Part shown: in pieces, positions 9,900 through 20,591 of the stretch
Layout of the letters: every line of letters begins with the position of its first letter
Position numbering within the stretch: position 1 is the stretch's first letter
Source: an uncultured Actinomycetota bacterium
Lineage (GTDB): Bacteria; Actinomycetota; Actinomycetes; Propionibacteriales; Kribbellaceae
DNA: 64,000 nucleotides
NCBI GenBank assembly: GCA_963740725.1
Contig: CAVUFT010000021.1
Span: 18,172 to 82,171 of the forward strand
Direction: 5' to 3'
Notes under the pieces: model-generated
What the model saw: the letters and a program-made list of their open reading frames with translations, nothing else
What the model was told of the DNA's origin: nothing
Databases searched by the model: none
Made by a program: the position numbers and the translations under genes

Positions 9900-10876
9900 C
9901 GAGCACCACCGGGGTTGCCGATGGCAATCATCCGCTCGACCGACTGCCGGGCGCGCTCGGCCACGTCGAGCGGCACCTCCACCTCGTCGCGGCCCTCGCG
10001 GAGGCAGCGCAGCAGCAGCTCGGGCGTGATCATCTTCATGAAGCGGCACGAGGCCTTCGGGTTCACCGGCCGGAAAGTCGTCTGCTGGTTGACCTTGCGC
10101 AACTGATGGAGCATGCCGATCTCCGTCGCGACCAGCGCCGTCTTCGCCGTCATGTCGCGAGCGGCGCCGAGCATCCCGGAGGTGGAGAGGATCCGGGTCC
10201 GGTCCGCGGGCAGATCACCGACGCCGGCGAGCCAGATCGCCGAGGACGCGCAGCCGCACTCGGGGTGCACCAGCACCTCCGCCGTCGGATCGGCCGCCAC
10301 CTGAGCCCGCAGATCGGCCGCAGTGATCCCGGCGTGGACGTGGCATTCACCCATCCACACGTGGATGTTGTCGCGCCCCGTCTGCCGTCGCACGTGGTTG
10401 CCGAGGAACTGGTCGGGCAGGAACAGGATCGGCTGGTCCGCCGGGATCGACTCCACCACGGCCACCGCATTCGACGACGTGCAGCACACGTCGGCTTCCG
10501 CCTTGACCGCGGCGCTCGTGTTGACATAGGCAACCACCGCGGCTCCGGGATGCTCGGCCTTCCAGCTCCGCAGCTGATCGGCGTCGATCGTGTCGGCCAG
10601 CGAACAGCCGGCCTGGGCGGTGGGGATCAGCACGGTCTTGTCCGGGCTGAGAAGCTTCGCGGTCTCGGCCATGAAGTGCACGCCGCAGAAGACGATGGTC
10701 GAGGCGTCGGTGCTGGCGGCGAGCCGGGACAGTTCGAGCGAGTCGCCGACGTGATCGGCCACATCCTGGATCGCGGGGTCCTGATAGTTGTGGGCGAGGA
10801 CCACCGCGTCCCGCTCGCGGGCCAGGCGGCGTACCTCTTCCTGCCAGGTCGTCGCAGTGCTCTGGGTAACGGGCAT
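9896..10876 (-). CDS. nadA: Quinolinate synthase
   Basis: [45 protein letters not shown] and CRFMK. Confidence 0.96.
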   Translation of the reverse strand: MPVTQSTATTWQEEVRRLARERDAVVLAHNYQDPAIQDVADHVGDSLELSRLAASTDASTIVFCGVHFMAETAKLLSPDKTVLIPTAQAGCSLADTIDADQLRSWKAEHPGAAVVAYVNTSAAVKAEADVCCTSSNAVAVVESIPADQPILFLPDQFLGNHVRRQTGRDNIHVWMGECHVHAGITAADLRAQVAADPTAEVLVHPECGCASSAIWLAGVGDLPADRTRILSTSGMLGAARDMTAKTALVATEIGMLHQLRKVNQQTTFRPVNPKASCRFMKMITPELLLRCLREGRDEVEVPLDVAERARQSVERMIAIGNPGGAR

Positions 10877-10900
10877 TGCCGGTTCCCTTTCCTCGGGTGG

Positions 10901-10921
10901 TTTTCGCCTGACAGGCGATAA
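10901..10921. promoter_or_regulatory. Putative NrtR operator (21-bp palindrome)
   Basis: TTTTCGCCTG-A-CAGGCGATAA lies between divergent nadA and nrtR. Confidence 0.75.
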
Positions 10922-10947
10922 CTAAGGATGACGGTACCATCGGCGAC

Positions 10948-11674
10948 ATGCCCGTCGCCAAGAAAAGTGACTCGGTTAACATCCCGAGCTATCCGCACGA
11001 GGTGCTGGCCGTGGTGCTCTCCGTCCGCGACGGCAAGCTGTGCGTCCTGCTGTGGCGGCGCGGGCAGAGCCCGTTCAGGTATCGCTGGGCGCTGCCCGGG
11101 GGTGGCGTGCAGCCCACGGAACGGCTCCGGGAGGCGATCACCGGTCATCTCGCGGCGAAGGTCGACGTGCGTGATGTCGCCCATCTGGAGCAGTTGGCCA
11201 CCCACAGTGCGATCGACCGAGATCCGCGGGCGCGGGTCCTGGCGACCGCGTACCTCGGGCTCGTTCCGTCCGACGTCCAACCGAATCTGCCGGCCGACAC
11301 GGCCTGGCATCCGGGTGGACGAGTTGCCGCGTACGGCGTTCGACCATCACTACTTCATCGACGCGGCCGTGGGGCGGCTACGGGCGAAGCTCTCGTACAC
11401 GAACATCGGGTTCGCGCTGGCTCCGGCCGAGTTCACCATCGCCGAGCTCCGCGACCTGTTCAGTGCCGCCTTGGGCTACGAACTCAGCGCGACCAATCTG
11501 ACCCGGGTTCTGACCCGGCGACAGGTGATCGGCCCGACCGAGCGGACCGCCCGGCCCGGCCAGTCCGGCGGGCGCCCCGCCGCGGTCTACAAGTTCGTGG
11601 CCCGCGAGCTGACGGTCACCGACCCGTTCGCCGTACTACGCCCCCCCGATGATCCGGCCCACGTCCGCTCCTGA
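10948..11674 (+). CDS. nrtR: NrtR Nudix-family transcriptional regulator, frameshift near 11315
   Basis: Nudix N-terminus (WALPGG, LEQL, RDPRARV) in one frame; AFDH, LRAKLSYT, FTIAELR and GGRPAAVY wHTH in another. Confidence 0.85.
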
Positions 11675-11693
11675 GGCTCGAACGGACGGTGGT

Positions 11694-12557
11694 TCAGGTG
11701 TTGGCGAGGGTGGCGACGATGGAGTCGATGTTCTTGATCAGGGAGAGGTGGCCTTCGCCGGGGACCAGGTGGGTGGTGGCGTTCGGGATGTGGGCGCCGA
11801 GCCAGCGGCCGTGGGCGAGCGGGACCATGCGGTCCTGGTCGCCCTGCCAGATGGAGACCGGGACCCGGATGCCGGCCAGGTCGACTCCCCAGTCGGCGAG
11901 GAACGCGAGGTCGTCGTCGCGCCAGCCGTCGTACCCGCGGGAGACAGCGGCGCGACACGAGGTGGCGAGGTAGTCGGCGCGGCCGTCCCGGAGCGCCGCT
12001 TGATCGACCTCGGACAGCAGATCGCCGAAGGCCTCGATGAGGTCGTCAGGCTGGATGTTCTTCAGCCCGGCGCTCGCCTCGGCGAGGAACTTGTCGAGCG
12101 CCTCCGGGCCGGTCGCCGCAGCCCCGAACTCGATGACGTTCTCCTCGCCCATACCGCCCATCCAGTCGAGCCCGTCGGCGTCGTACGGCGCGATGCCGGC
12201 CAGGATCGCCGCGGCCCGGCACCGATCCGGCAGCAAGGCCGCAGTGGCGAGTGCGTGCGGTCCACCGCCCGACCATCCGATGGTCACGAAGTCCTCGGCC
12301 CCGACAGCATCGAGCACCGCGGCGACATCACCCGCCACATCAGCCACCCGGCGACCCGGCTGCGCAGTACTGCCGCCATACCCAGGCCGGCTATGCGTGA
12401 CAAAGCGCAACCCATATCGAGCGGCCGCCTCGGCAACAGGCTCCAGCACCAGAGCCGCACCCGGCGTCCCGTGCTGCATCACCAGGGGCCGCCCACCGGC
12501 GGGACCCTCGATCAGATACTCAATGACCCGTCCATTGCCAACCTCAAGCAGTTCCAC
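11694..12557 (-). CDS. Alpha/beta fold hydrolase
   Basis: HGTPG, SRPGYGGS, GWSGGGP, WQGDQD and EGHLS. Confidence 0.88.
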   Translation of the reverse strand: MELLEVGNGRVIEYLIEGPAGGRPLVMQHGTPGAALVLEPVAEAAARYGLRFVTHSRPGYGGSTAQPGRRVADVAGDVAAVLDAVGAEDFVTIGWSGGGPHALATAALLPDRCRAAAILAGIAPYDADGLDWMGGMGEENVIEFGAAATGPEALDKFLAEASAGLKNIQPDDLIEAFGDLLSEVDQAALRDGRADYLATSCRAAVSRGYDGWRDDDLAFLADWGVDLAGIRVPVSIWQGDQDRMVPLAHGRWLGAHIPNATTHLVPGEGHLSLIKNIDSIVATLANT

Positions 12558-12592
12558 GATCCAATCCTAGGCCCAGCTGTTGAGGCGGCACC

Positions 12593-15505
12593 TCAGTCGA
12601 GAAGGCCGAGGGTGTGGGCCTGGGCACTCGCCTCGGTGCGAGTGGTGGCGTTCAGCTTGGTGAGGATGCGTGAGACATGGACACCGACCGTGGCCGGTGA
12701 GATGTAGAGCTCGGCGGCGATCTGCCGATTCGGCATTCCGCGGGCGAGCAGCCGCAGTACGTCGTACTCGCGCGCCGTCAACCCACTCGGATCGTTGCTG
12801 GCAGCAACTGGTTCCAACCGGGCACGTTGGCCCAGAGCGGCAATCCGATCCAGGTAGTAGGTGGCGCGGAGCGGAGTAGCCAGGGTGCGGGCCTCTGAGA
12901 GGCGACGGCGGGCGCCGGCCCGGTTGCTGTCGGCCAGGGCGACCTCGGCCGCGTTGATCAGGCATTCGGCCGTGTAGGGGAGGTGGTTCATCCGCCGCCA
13001 GTGGTCGGTCGCTTCGTCCCAGTCGGACAGCCGGCCCGCCCCCAGAGCGGCGGTGATGGTCGCACGGTAGGCGACGGGGTTGGGCGCCCGGGGCCGGAAC
13101 CGGGTGAGCAGCTCGTTGAGGCTCGCCCGGACCGCCGCGACATCGGCGGCGATCTCGCGGTTCCGCGGGGCGGCGGCCAGCCGGGCGCGTTGCAGCATCG
13201 CGACGCCCAGCAGGCCGTCCTGGTCCGGAATGGGCGGTCCTTCCGGGCTGAGAGCGTGCTGGAGGAAACCCTGCACGCTCGGTCCGACGGACTCGGGATC
13301 GCGTCGTGCGATCGCCAGCTCGCACGACAGCGCGACGACGTACCCCAGGATGTAGTTGCGCAGCACGGCAGTCCCGGTGAGCACCTCGTCGGGTGACGGC
13401 ATCAGCGCGGCCGTCCGGTCGAAGTCCCCGCGGGCGAGACAGATACTCGCGAGCTGACCCCGCAAGCCGATCTGGTACAGGGTTTCCGGCTCCGCGGCCA
13501 GCGCCTGCTCGATGGCGGCGATCGCTTCGTCCCACCGGCCGAGGCAGATCAGCGCCGTCGCGAGGTTGATCGTCAGCAGCGGGCCGCGCCACTTGATCAT
13601 CCCGAGCAGTTCGGCTTCCCGGACTGCCTGCGGGACGTGGGCCGCCAGTTGGTCGAACCGCCCGGCGGTGGTGAGCACCGCGCACTCCCACAGCGAGTTG
13701 AGGACGAGCACGTAGTCGTCGCCGATCGTGGTCGCGAGCTGTCGCGCCTGCGTCTGCGCGGCCTGGGCGGCATCGACGTTCTCGGCGGCGAACTCGGCAT
13801 AGCCCAGCACCGCATAGGCACGGCAGCGCAGCCCGTCGTCGTCGAGCAGGCCGGCGATCTCGAGCGCCTTGAGCGCGTGCTCCCGCGCCGAGTCGGGACG
13901 GCGCGCGGTCGCCTGGTCGGCCGCGTGCACGAAGTGCAGAAAGCCGAGCGGGTACGACGGGCGCTCGGCCGCGAGCAACTCCTGGGCCCGATCGACATCG
14001 CTGCGGCCGGAGAGGTCTACCCGGCTCTTCGACAGTGCCCGGTTCAGCAGCAGGAGCGCGACTCGTTCCGGGTCCTGCGTCTCGTCGACCAGCTCGAGCG
14101 CGGCATTGGCATGCTGCAACCCCTTCTCGCCCTCACCAGCGGGCAGGGCTGTGGCGATGGCTCGCTCGAGCAGTTCGAGCCGGCCCGGATCATCGGGGGA
14201 TCCCACGGCGAGAGCTCGCTCGATCTGCCGGAGCTCCTCGCCGTACGCGAAGCTGGCTCGTGCCTCGTCGGCCGCGATCAGCGCCGCGCGGTAGGCCTCG
14301 TCGTTGCGACCGGCCAGGTACCAGTGCTCGGCGAGCTCGGACGCCGGCAGACCTCGGGCTGCGAGATCGGGGTGATCGGTCAGGGCGTTCGCGGCCCGGG
14401 CGTGCAGGCGGCGACGCTCGCCGGGCAGCAGGCCGGTGTACACGGCTTCGCGGATCAGGGCGTGCCGGAACTGGTAGCCCGTTGCCGTCGGCACCAACTG
14501 GTCCCGCTCCACCAGCTCGCGGAGGGCTTGGTCGAGTTCGTCGTCCGGACGGTTGGCGAGCAGGGTCAGCAGGTCGTGACTCACCGAGGCGCCGGCGATC
14601 GAGGCGACCGCGAGGACCGGACGGGCGATCTCCGAGAGTCCCGCGACCCGTTCCTGCAGCAGGGCCTGCAGCGGGCTGTGCACGGTGCCGATCGCCGACG
14701 GAGTTGCCTTGGGCACCTCGTTGGCGAGGGCTTCGACGAACATCGGGTTTCCGCCGGACCGTCGATGGATCGCGGCGGCCCGCGCCGGGTCGTACCGGCC
14801 GTCGAGGGCCGTGAGTAACTCGCCGACCTCGCGTTGTTGCAGGGGTTGCAGCGAGAGCGTGACGATGTCAGGGCGCCGGCCGAGCTCGGCGACCAGTTGC
14901 CGAACGGGATGGCCCGCCGGGAGTTCTCCGGTCCGGACCGTGCCGACGAGCAGGACCGGAAGCTGGTTGAGGTTCCGGGCCAGGTAGCCGAAGAGTTCGC
15001 GGCTCGCGCTGTCGGCCCAGTGCAGGTCCTCGATCACGAGCAGCAGCGGACGACGCGAGGCAGCGCGTTCGACCAGCGCAAGCAGCTCCTGCAGCAACGC
15101 GAGGCGCCCGCCCGGGGCCTCGTCCGACGGGGTCGCGGCCGGCTCCTGAGGAAGCAGGTGGCGCAGTGCCGACTCAGGGGCCGTGTCGCCTTCCTCCTCG
15201 GCCAGTTGCTGTACGACGGGCAGGAACGCCACATACGGGAAGTGTTCCGCGCCCAGCTCGGGACAGGCGCCGGTGATCTTCAGCCAGTCCGTGCCCAGCA
15301 AGGTTGTCAGCTCGCCGACCAGTCGCGTCTTGCCGATCCCGGCCTCGCCGACGACGAGCGCCCGGGCGGAGCTACCTTCGCGGACCCGCGTCGCCGCCGT
15401 ACGCAGGGCAGTCAGTTCGGCGTCGCGCCCGACGTACGGGCCGTCTACCTGCTGTGGATACGTGGTGGACAGATCGTCACCGGACATGGATATACCGCAT
15501 TCCAT
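12593..15505 (-). CDS. LAL-type regulator (AAA ATPase + TPR-like region + LuxR HTH)
   Basis: GEAGIGKT Walker A, IEDLHWAD, GGNP, FRHALIRE and C-terminal LTAREYDVL...NRQIA...HVSRILTKL. Confidence 0.9.
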   Translation of the reverse strand: MECGISMSGDDLSTTYPQQVDGPYVGRDAELTALRTAATRVREGSSARALVVGEAGIGKTRLVGELTTLLGTDWLKITGACPELGAEHFPYVAFLPVVQQLAEEEGDTAPESALRHLLPQEPAATPSDEAPGGRLALLQELLALVERAASRRPLLLVIEDLHWADSASRELFGYLARNLNQLPVLLVGTVRTGELPAGHPVRQLVAELGRRPDIVTLSLQPLQQREVGELLTALDGRYDPARAAAIHRRSGGNPMFVEALANEVPKATPSAIGTVHSPLQALLQERVAGLSEIARPVLAVASIAGASVSHDLLTLLANRPDDELDQALRELVERDQLVPTATGYQFRHALIREAVYTGLLPGERRRLHARAANALTDHPDLAARGLPASELAEHWYLAGRNDEAYRAALIAADEARASFAYGEELRQIERALAVGSPDDPGRLELLERAIATALPAGEGEKGLQHANAALELVDETQDPERVALLLLNRALSKSRVDLSGRSDVDRAQELLAAERPSYPLGFLHFVHAADQATARRPDSAREHALKALEIAGLLDDDGLRCRAYAVLGYAEFAAENVDAAQAAQTQARQLATTIGDDYVLVLNSLWECAVLTTAGRFDQLAAHVPQAVREAELLGMIKWRGPLLTINLATALICLGRWDEAIAAIEQALAAEPETLYQIGLRGQLASICLARGDFDRTAALMPSPDEVLTGTAVLRNYILGYVVALSCELAIARRDPESVGPSVQGFLQHALSPEGPPIPDQDGLLGVAMLQRARLAAAPRNREIAADVAAVRASLNELLTRFRPRAPNPVAYRATITAALGAGRLSDWDEATDHWRRMNHLPYTAECLINAAEVALADSNRAGARRRLSEARTLATPLRATYYLDRIAALGQRARLEPVAASNDPSGLTAREYDVLRLLARGMPNRQIAAELYISPATVGVHVSRILTKLNATTRTEASAQAHTLGLLD

Positions 15506-15588
15506 GGATTCGCCGGAGCCGGTCGGTCAGCACGCTTGATGCTAAACCGGCGGAGGTCCGGCGAAGGATCCCTGAGAAGGAGACCGTA

Positions 15589-16770
15589 GTGATGGTGAAC
15601 AGCCAAGCGCTGAGTGGCGATGAAACGGTGCGTCCGCTCCGGATCGAGGTGCCCCAGGCCCAGCTCGACGATCTCGCGGATCGGTTGCGGCGGGTCCGGT
15701 ACACCAACGAACTGCCGCGCGATCAGGTCACCGACGGAGTACAGCGCGGACCGGTCGTGCCGGGCTGGGAGTACGGCGTACCGCTGGACTATGTGAAGCG
15801 GTTGGTCGAGCACTGGCGGGACAGCTACGACTGGCGCAAGTGGGAGGCGCGGCTGAACGAGTATCCGCACTTCACCACCGAGATCGACGGGCAGAACATC
15901 CACTTCCTGCACGTGCGATCGGCCGAGCCGGACGCGACCCCGCTGATCCTGACGCACGGCTGGCCGAACTCGGTCGTCGAGTTCCTGGACCTGATCGGCC
16001 CGCTGACCGATCCGGTGGCGCACGGCGGGGAAGCGGCGGACGCCTTCCATGTGGTGATCCCGTCGCTGCCCGGATTCGGGTTCTCCGGACCGACCCACGA
16101 GAAGGGCTGGAACCGGCACCGTACTGCGCGGGCGTGGGCCGAGCTGATGCGGCGGCTCGGCTACGAGCGTTATGGGGCCCACGGCAACGATGTCGGCTCG
16201 TTCGTCAGCCCGGAGCTCGGCCGGATCGCGCCCGGAGCAGGTGATCGGCGTCCACGTGACGCAGCTGTTCTCGTTCCCGTCGGGTGATCCGGCGGAGTTC
16301 GAGGGAATGATCGCAGCAGGAGATGGAGTACCTCGGGTTCCTGCAGACGTTCAACGAGGAGATGTCGGCGTACGCGAAGCTGCAGGAGACCGGACCGCAG
16401 AACCTCGCGCACGCGCTGGCGGACTCGCCGGCCGGTCAGCTCGCGTGGATCGGGCAACTGCTCGGCCGCGTGCGAGGACGAGCACGTGCTGACCAACGCG
16501 ACCATCTACTGGCTGACGAACACGGCTGCTTCATCGGCACGCTTCTACTACGAGGACCACCACGCCGAACACCCGACCGAGCCGACGACAGCCCCGACCG
16601 GCCTGGCGAGCTTCGCGAACGACTTCACCCCACTCCGCCGCTTCGCCGACCGCGACCACAAGAACATCGTGTCCTGGAACGAATACGACCGCGGCGGCCA
16701 CTGGGCAACCCAGGACGCCCCCGACCTGCTGCTCGACGACATCCGCGCCTTCTTCCGCACGGTGAGCTGA
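15589..16770 (+). CDS. Epoxide hydrolase family protein (EHN domain), several frameshifts
   Basis: YDWRKWEARLN, IHFLHVRS, LTHGWP, PSLPGFGFS, DSPAGQLAW and RGGHWA are spread over several frames. Confidence 0.85.
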
Positions 16771-16775
16771 AAGAC

Positions 16776-16803
16776 GCCGGCCGCCCTCGGGCGGCCGGCT
16801 TTT
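16776..16803 (+). terminator. Intrinsic terminator between convergent genes
   Basis: GCCGGCCGCCC-TC-GGGCGGCCGGC followed by TTTT. Confidence 0.75.
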
Positions 16804-18089
16804 CACAGCCGGGAGTCGACCATCCGGATCTTGCCGTTGGGACCGGGCCGGATCGAGTCGACCAGGCGGACCGAGATGTCGAAGTCCCGGGTGGATGCCA
16901 TCGCCGCCGCGGCCCGTTCGGCCAGGTCGGTCGGCGTGGTCGCGGGGACGATCAGCACCTCGACCTTGCCGGGTTCGGTCTGTACCAGCTGGAACTGCCG
17001 GATGCCGGGGAGCGGGATGATCATCGAGCCGACCCAGTCGCCGTGCCGGAACCGGCCGTCCGCAGTCTGCAGTTGGTCCACCGTGCGGCCGATCACCTGC
17101 CGGACGATCGGCGTACTGAACGTCCTGCAGGCGCAGTCGTCGGGACCGATCAGGACTCGGTCGCCCAGCCGGTAGCGCAGCAACGGCATCGCCTCGGCAT
17201 GAAGGCGGGTCACCAGGATCTTGCCTTCCAACGGGCCACCTGCAGTGGCGAGCGAGACGCTGCCGTCGTCGTGCTCAACCTCGATCGCGACGTCGCCGGA
17301 GCGGAGGTGCAGCGCGCCGAGCGGACAGCTGCGCGCGATCGTGTAGGTCTCCACCGATGCGTAGACCTCGTTGGCCCGGGCGCCGAAGTACTCCATCACC
17401 TCACTGCGTGCGGTCGCGGTCACCTTCTCGCCCGCGAAGATCACGCCGCGCACGTAGCCGGGGCGGAGGCCTCGTCGCTTCAGCTCGCCGGCGAGCGCGA
17501 CGATCGCGTTCGGGAAGCCGCAGAGGAAGTTCGGCCGTCCGGCGAGGAACGCCTCGACCTGTTCGTCCAGGCTGAGACTGGTGTTGACGTGGACGTTGCG
17601 GGCCAGGCCCAGCTTCTCCAGCCGGTGCCGCCGGAAGCCACCGACCCGGAAGTAGGCGATCCGGTCGGTCGGCCGCATCCCGGTCGCGAGCAGGTCCCAC
17701 AGATAGGTGGCCCGGAGATAGCCCAGATCGCCCTCGCTGAAGTAGCTGGTGGCCGGGCTGCCCGTCGTACCGCTGGATCGTGCTTCCCGGGTGTTGGCCG
17801 GACTGAATCCGTCGGCGAGCAGCTTCGGCCCCTGGAGCGAGATCTCCTCGCGCGGCAGGATCGGCAACCGGTGGAGATCGGCGGGTCCGGTGAACGCGGC
17901 GACCACCGCGGGGTCGAGCGTCTCGCGGTAGTAGGGGACGGTCGCGTGCGCGTGGCTGATCAGCAGCCGCAGCAGCCGAGCCTGGAGTTGTTCCATCTCC
18001 GCCGGTCCGAGGCGGTCCCGCCGAGCGGCTCGGATCAGGTTGACCGCGACCGGCACGATCGGGATAGCGGATGGCAGTCCTCGCGCCAT
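16803..18089 (-). CDS. PaaK/CapK-like adenylate-forming ligase
   Basis: VPYY, SSGTTGSP, YASVE, MPLLRYRLGD, IGRTVD and FQLVQ. Confidence 0.82.
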   Translation of the reverse strand: MARGLPSAIPIVPVAVNLIRAARRDRLGPAEMEQLQARLLRLLISHAHATVPYYRETLDPAVVAAFTGPADLHRLPILPREEISLQGPKLLADGFSPANTREARSSGTTGSPATSYFSEGDLGYLRATYLWDLLATGMRPTDRIAYFRVGGFRRHRLEKLGLARNVHVNTSLSLDEQVEAFLAGRPNFLCGFPNAIVALAGELKRRGLRPGYVRGVIFAGEKVTATARSEVMEYFGARANEVYASVETYTIARSCPLGALHLRSGDVAIEVEHDDGSVSLATAGGPLEGKILVTRLHAEAMPLLRYRLGDRVLIGPDDCACRTFSTPIVRQVIGRTVDQLQTADGRFRHGDWVGSMIIPLPGIRQFQLVQTEPGKVEVLIVPATTPTDLAERAAAAMASTRDFDISVRLVDSIRPGPNGKIRMVDSRL

Positions 18090-19301
18090 TCAGTCCTCCA
18101 CTGCAGCAGAGATCCGGTACAACACGGCAGCCTTGACCAGGCACCCGATGCAGAGGGCGCCGAAAGCGCCCGCAGCACCAGCGGCCGGAATGAACCACCA
18201 GGCGGCAAGCGCGACCGCCGCGAACTGCAGGATCGCACCGCCCGCCGAGCCGTGCCGCCCGCGGGCATCCACTGATTCCAGTACGACGGCAGCGGCCGTG
18301 ATCGCGAAGTACAGCAGTACCTCGACGACCAGCGTCAGGAACGCGATCGGTCGGCTCGAACCCCAGGCAACGCCCACCAGCACCAGCCCGCCAGTCAAGA
18401 CAAGGCCCGGTCCGAAGGTCCACCCGGCCATACGACGAACCAGCGCTCGGCCTGTTCCCTTGGAGGCAGTGGCCAGCCAGCTGACCAGCCGCGGCCGGGC
18501 CAGTCGCAGCAGGTAGGACCAGCCGACCGACATGCTCCCGGCGATGATCATCAGCACATAGAAGAAGCTCGTCTCCCGAGCATCGCCGGCGATCGCCAGG
18601 AAGGCGTAGAGCACCGAAGTGGCCGCCGTTTCGAGCAGTTCGCCGACCCCGAGCACCACCGAAGCCTGCAGCGCCACCCTTCTCGCCGCCCGCGTCGGCC
18701 GTTCGTGCGAGGCCCGCCGCAGCAGACCGATCACCAGCACAAGGTCCACGAGCAGCAGGCAGCTGATCAGCACAGTCAGTACGCCGTGCACCGACAACCC
18801 GGCGAGCACCGCCAGCCCGAGCACCAGCCCGTACGCCGCGGCGATCGCAAGATAGGCGAGCACATCCATCAGCGGCCGGCCGTGGATGCGATAGAGCCCG
18901 ACCAGTACTGCGCTGCACCCCACGCCCGCCATCAACGTCGCCGCGGCCGCCTGGATCTTCACCGGCTGCGGTGCAACCAGAACTGTCACCAGCCACCCGA
19001 CCAGCAACAGCGCGAAGGGAGTGACCGCCAGTTTGATGAAGAGCCGCTCCAACGATGCGCCCGCACCCACCGGCATGAACGTCAGCGCAGCCTTCTCCGG
19101 CCCACTGGACGTCAACGCGAACAGCCAGCCGACCGCCCCGATCGCGCCCGCGTACCCGGCGAACACCGTCGGCCCCCAGAAGGCCAGCAGCCCGAGACCC
19201 GCCGCATACAAGGCGAGCCGGTACACCAGCCGTCCGCCGATCAGCGCCACCAGCATGCGCGATCCGGCCGACAGCTGCCGTGCCCTGGCCAGCATCAGCA
19301 C
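18090..19301 (-). CDS. Multi-pass membrane protein, possible glycan flippase
   Basis: About 12 hydrophobic segments, in an operon with GT2. The flippase role is inferred from context. Confidence 0.55.
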   Translation of the reverse strand: MLMLARARQLSAGSRMLVALIGGRLVYRLALYAAGLGLLAFWGPTVFAGYAGAIGAVGWLFALTSSGPEKAALTFMPVGAGASLERLFIKLAVTPFALLLVGWLVTVLVAPQPVKIQAAAATLMAGVGCSAVLVGLYRIHGRPLMDVLAYLAIAAAYGLVLGLAVLAGLSVHGVLTVLISCLLLVDLVLVIGLLRRASHERPTRAARRVALQASVVLGVGELLETAATSVLYAFLAIAGDARETSFFYVLMIIAGSMSVGWSYLLRLARPRLVSWLATASKGTGRALVRRMAGWTFGPGLVLTGGLVLVGVAWGSSRPIAFLTLVVEVLLYFAITAAAVVLESVDARGRHGSAGGAILQFAAVALAAWWFIPAAGAAGAFGALCIGCLVKAAVLYRISAAVED

Positions 19302-19304
19302 GAC

Positions 19305-20591
19305 TTACCCTCCGTACGCCGACTCGACGAACCGGCCCTTGCCGCCGGGCGTCAAGGCGACCCGATCGGTCTGGACAAAAGCCAGCTCGACCGGAGCATC
19401 GACAAGTTCACCGAAGCGCCTGCGGAACTCCGCGACCGCCTCGTCGAAGCCAACCCGGGCTGCGGCATCCGGCACCAGATGCACGGTGATCGCCCCGGCC
19501 GCATCCTGCCGAACCATGCACTCGGCAACGCCAGGCGTGAACATCGCCAACGACAGGAACACCCCGCTGTAGACGCGCCGCCCACCCTGCAACAGGATGA
19601 AGTCGTTGGTCCGGCCGTCCACCAGCTTCATCCGCCGAAGATGCGAACCACACGCACAACCCGGCGGCAACAACACCGCCCGATCCCCAAGCGCATAACG
19701 GATCAACGGCATCGCCCGCTCGCGATAGTGCGTCACCACGACCGAGCCCTCCGTGCCATCTGGCACCGGTTGCCCATCAGCATCGACGATCTCCAGCCAC
19801 ACCCGATCGTCATCCACATGCATCGCACCGGCCCGGCACTGGCTGGACACGGTCAACACCTCGTACGCCGAATACTCGTCCAGCACCGGTACGCCGAACC
19901 CGTCCGCGAGCAGTCCCGCGACCTCATCCGTGAGCAACTCGGAATCAGTCATCACCATCCGCAAGGTGCGCTTCAGCCGGGTCGCCTCAGCCGACGTCAG
20001 CGAACGCAGCAACCCACGCAGTACGACGGGATAGCCCATGATCAACTGCGGTCGCACGGCCAGCACCTGGGTCTTGATCTCCTCGTCGGACTGACCCGCG
20101 CCGACGACCGTGCGCGGAAACAACCCGAGCCGCTGGAACCAGCGCACCGGCCGCGGGAAGGGCTTGATGTGCGCGATCCGCCACCACGGCCGATAGCCGG
20201 AGAGCAGGAACCGTCGCAACACCGTCGCCCCGTGATAGCCGTAGGCATCGGCGTCGTGCCAGACCTCCAGCTTGGTCCCGGTGGTCCCACTCGTGAGGTC
20301 GACGCGATACTGCGAGCTCGGCAACCCCGGCGTACGGAACGAATCGACACCCGCGTCGAGCACCTCTCGCTTGGTGAGCAGGGGCAGCGCCGCCAGTTCG
20401 CCGACCGAGGACAACGGCAGCTTGTACTCCGCTCCCGCGTATGCCGGGATGTGCTCGTGGCAGTAGGCCAGCATCGCGTTGAGGCCTGCGAGGGCGCGTT
20501 GTTCCAGCTCGGCCGACGGCTTCCTCGGTGCTCGCCAGACTTCCGGCAGTCGAGCCAATTCGCGAAGCGCGACTGCGAGTCCGCCGCTCAC
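19305..20591 (-). CDS. PaaK/CapK-like adenylate-forming ligase (second copy)
   Basis: LPLLTK, TSGTTG, YSAYE, MPLIRYALGD, DGRTND and GGKGRFV. Confidence 0.82.
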   Translation of the reverse strand: MSGGLAVALRELARLPEVWRAPRKPSAELEQRALAGLNAMLAYCHEHIPAYAGAEYKLPLSSVGELAALPLLTKREVLDAGVDSFRTPGLPSSQYRVDLTSGTTGTKLEVWHDADAYGYHGATVLRRFLLSGYRPWWRIAHIKPFPRPVRWFQRLGLFPRTVVGAGQSDEEIKTQVLAVRPQLIMGYPVVLRGLLRSLTSAEATRLKRTLRMVMTDSELLTDEVAGLLADGFGVPVLDEYSAYEVLTVSSQCRAGAMHVDDDRVWLEIVDADGQPVPDGTEGSVVVTHYRERAMPLIRYALGDRAVLLPPGCACGSHLRRMKLVDGRTNDFILLQGGRRVYSGVFLSLAMFTPGVAECMVRQDAAGAITVHLVPDAAARVGFDEAVAEFRRRFGELVDAPVELAFVQTDRVALTPGGKGRFVESAYGG

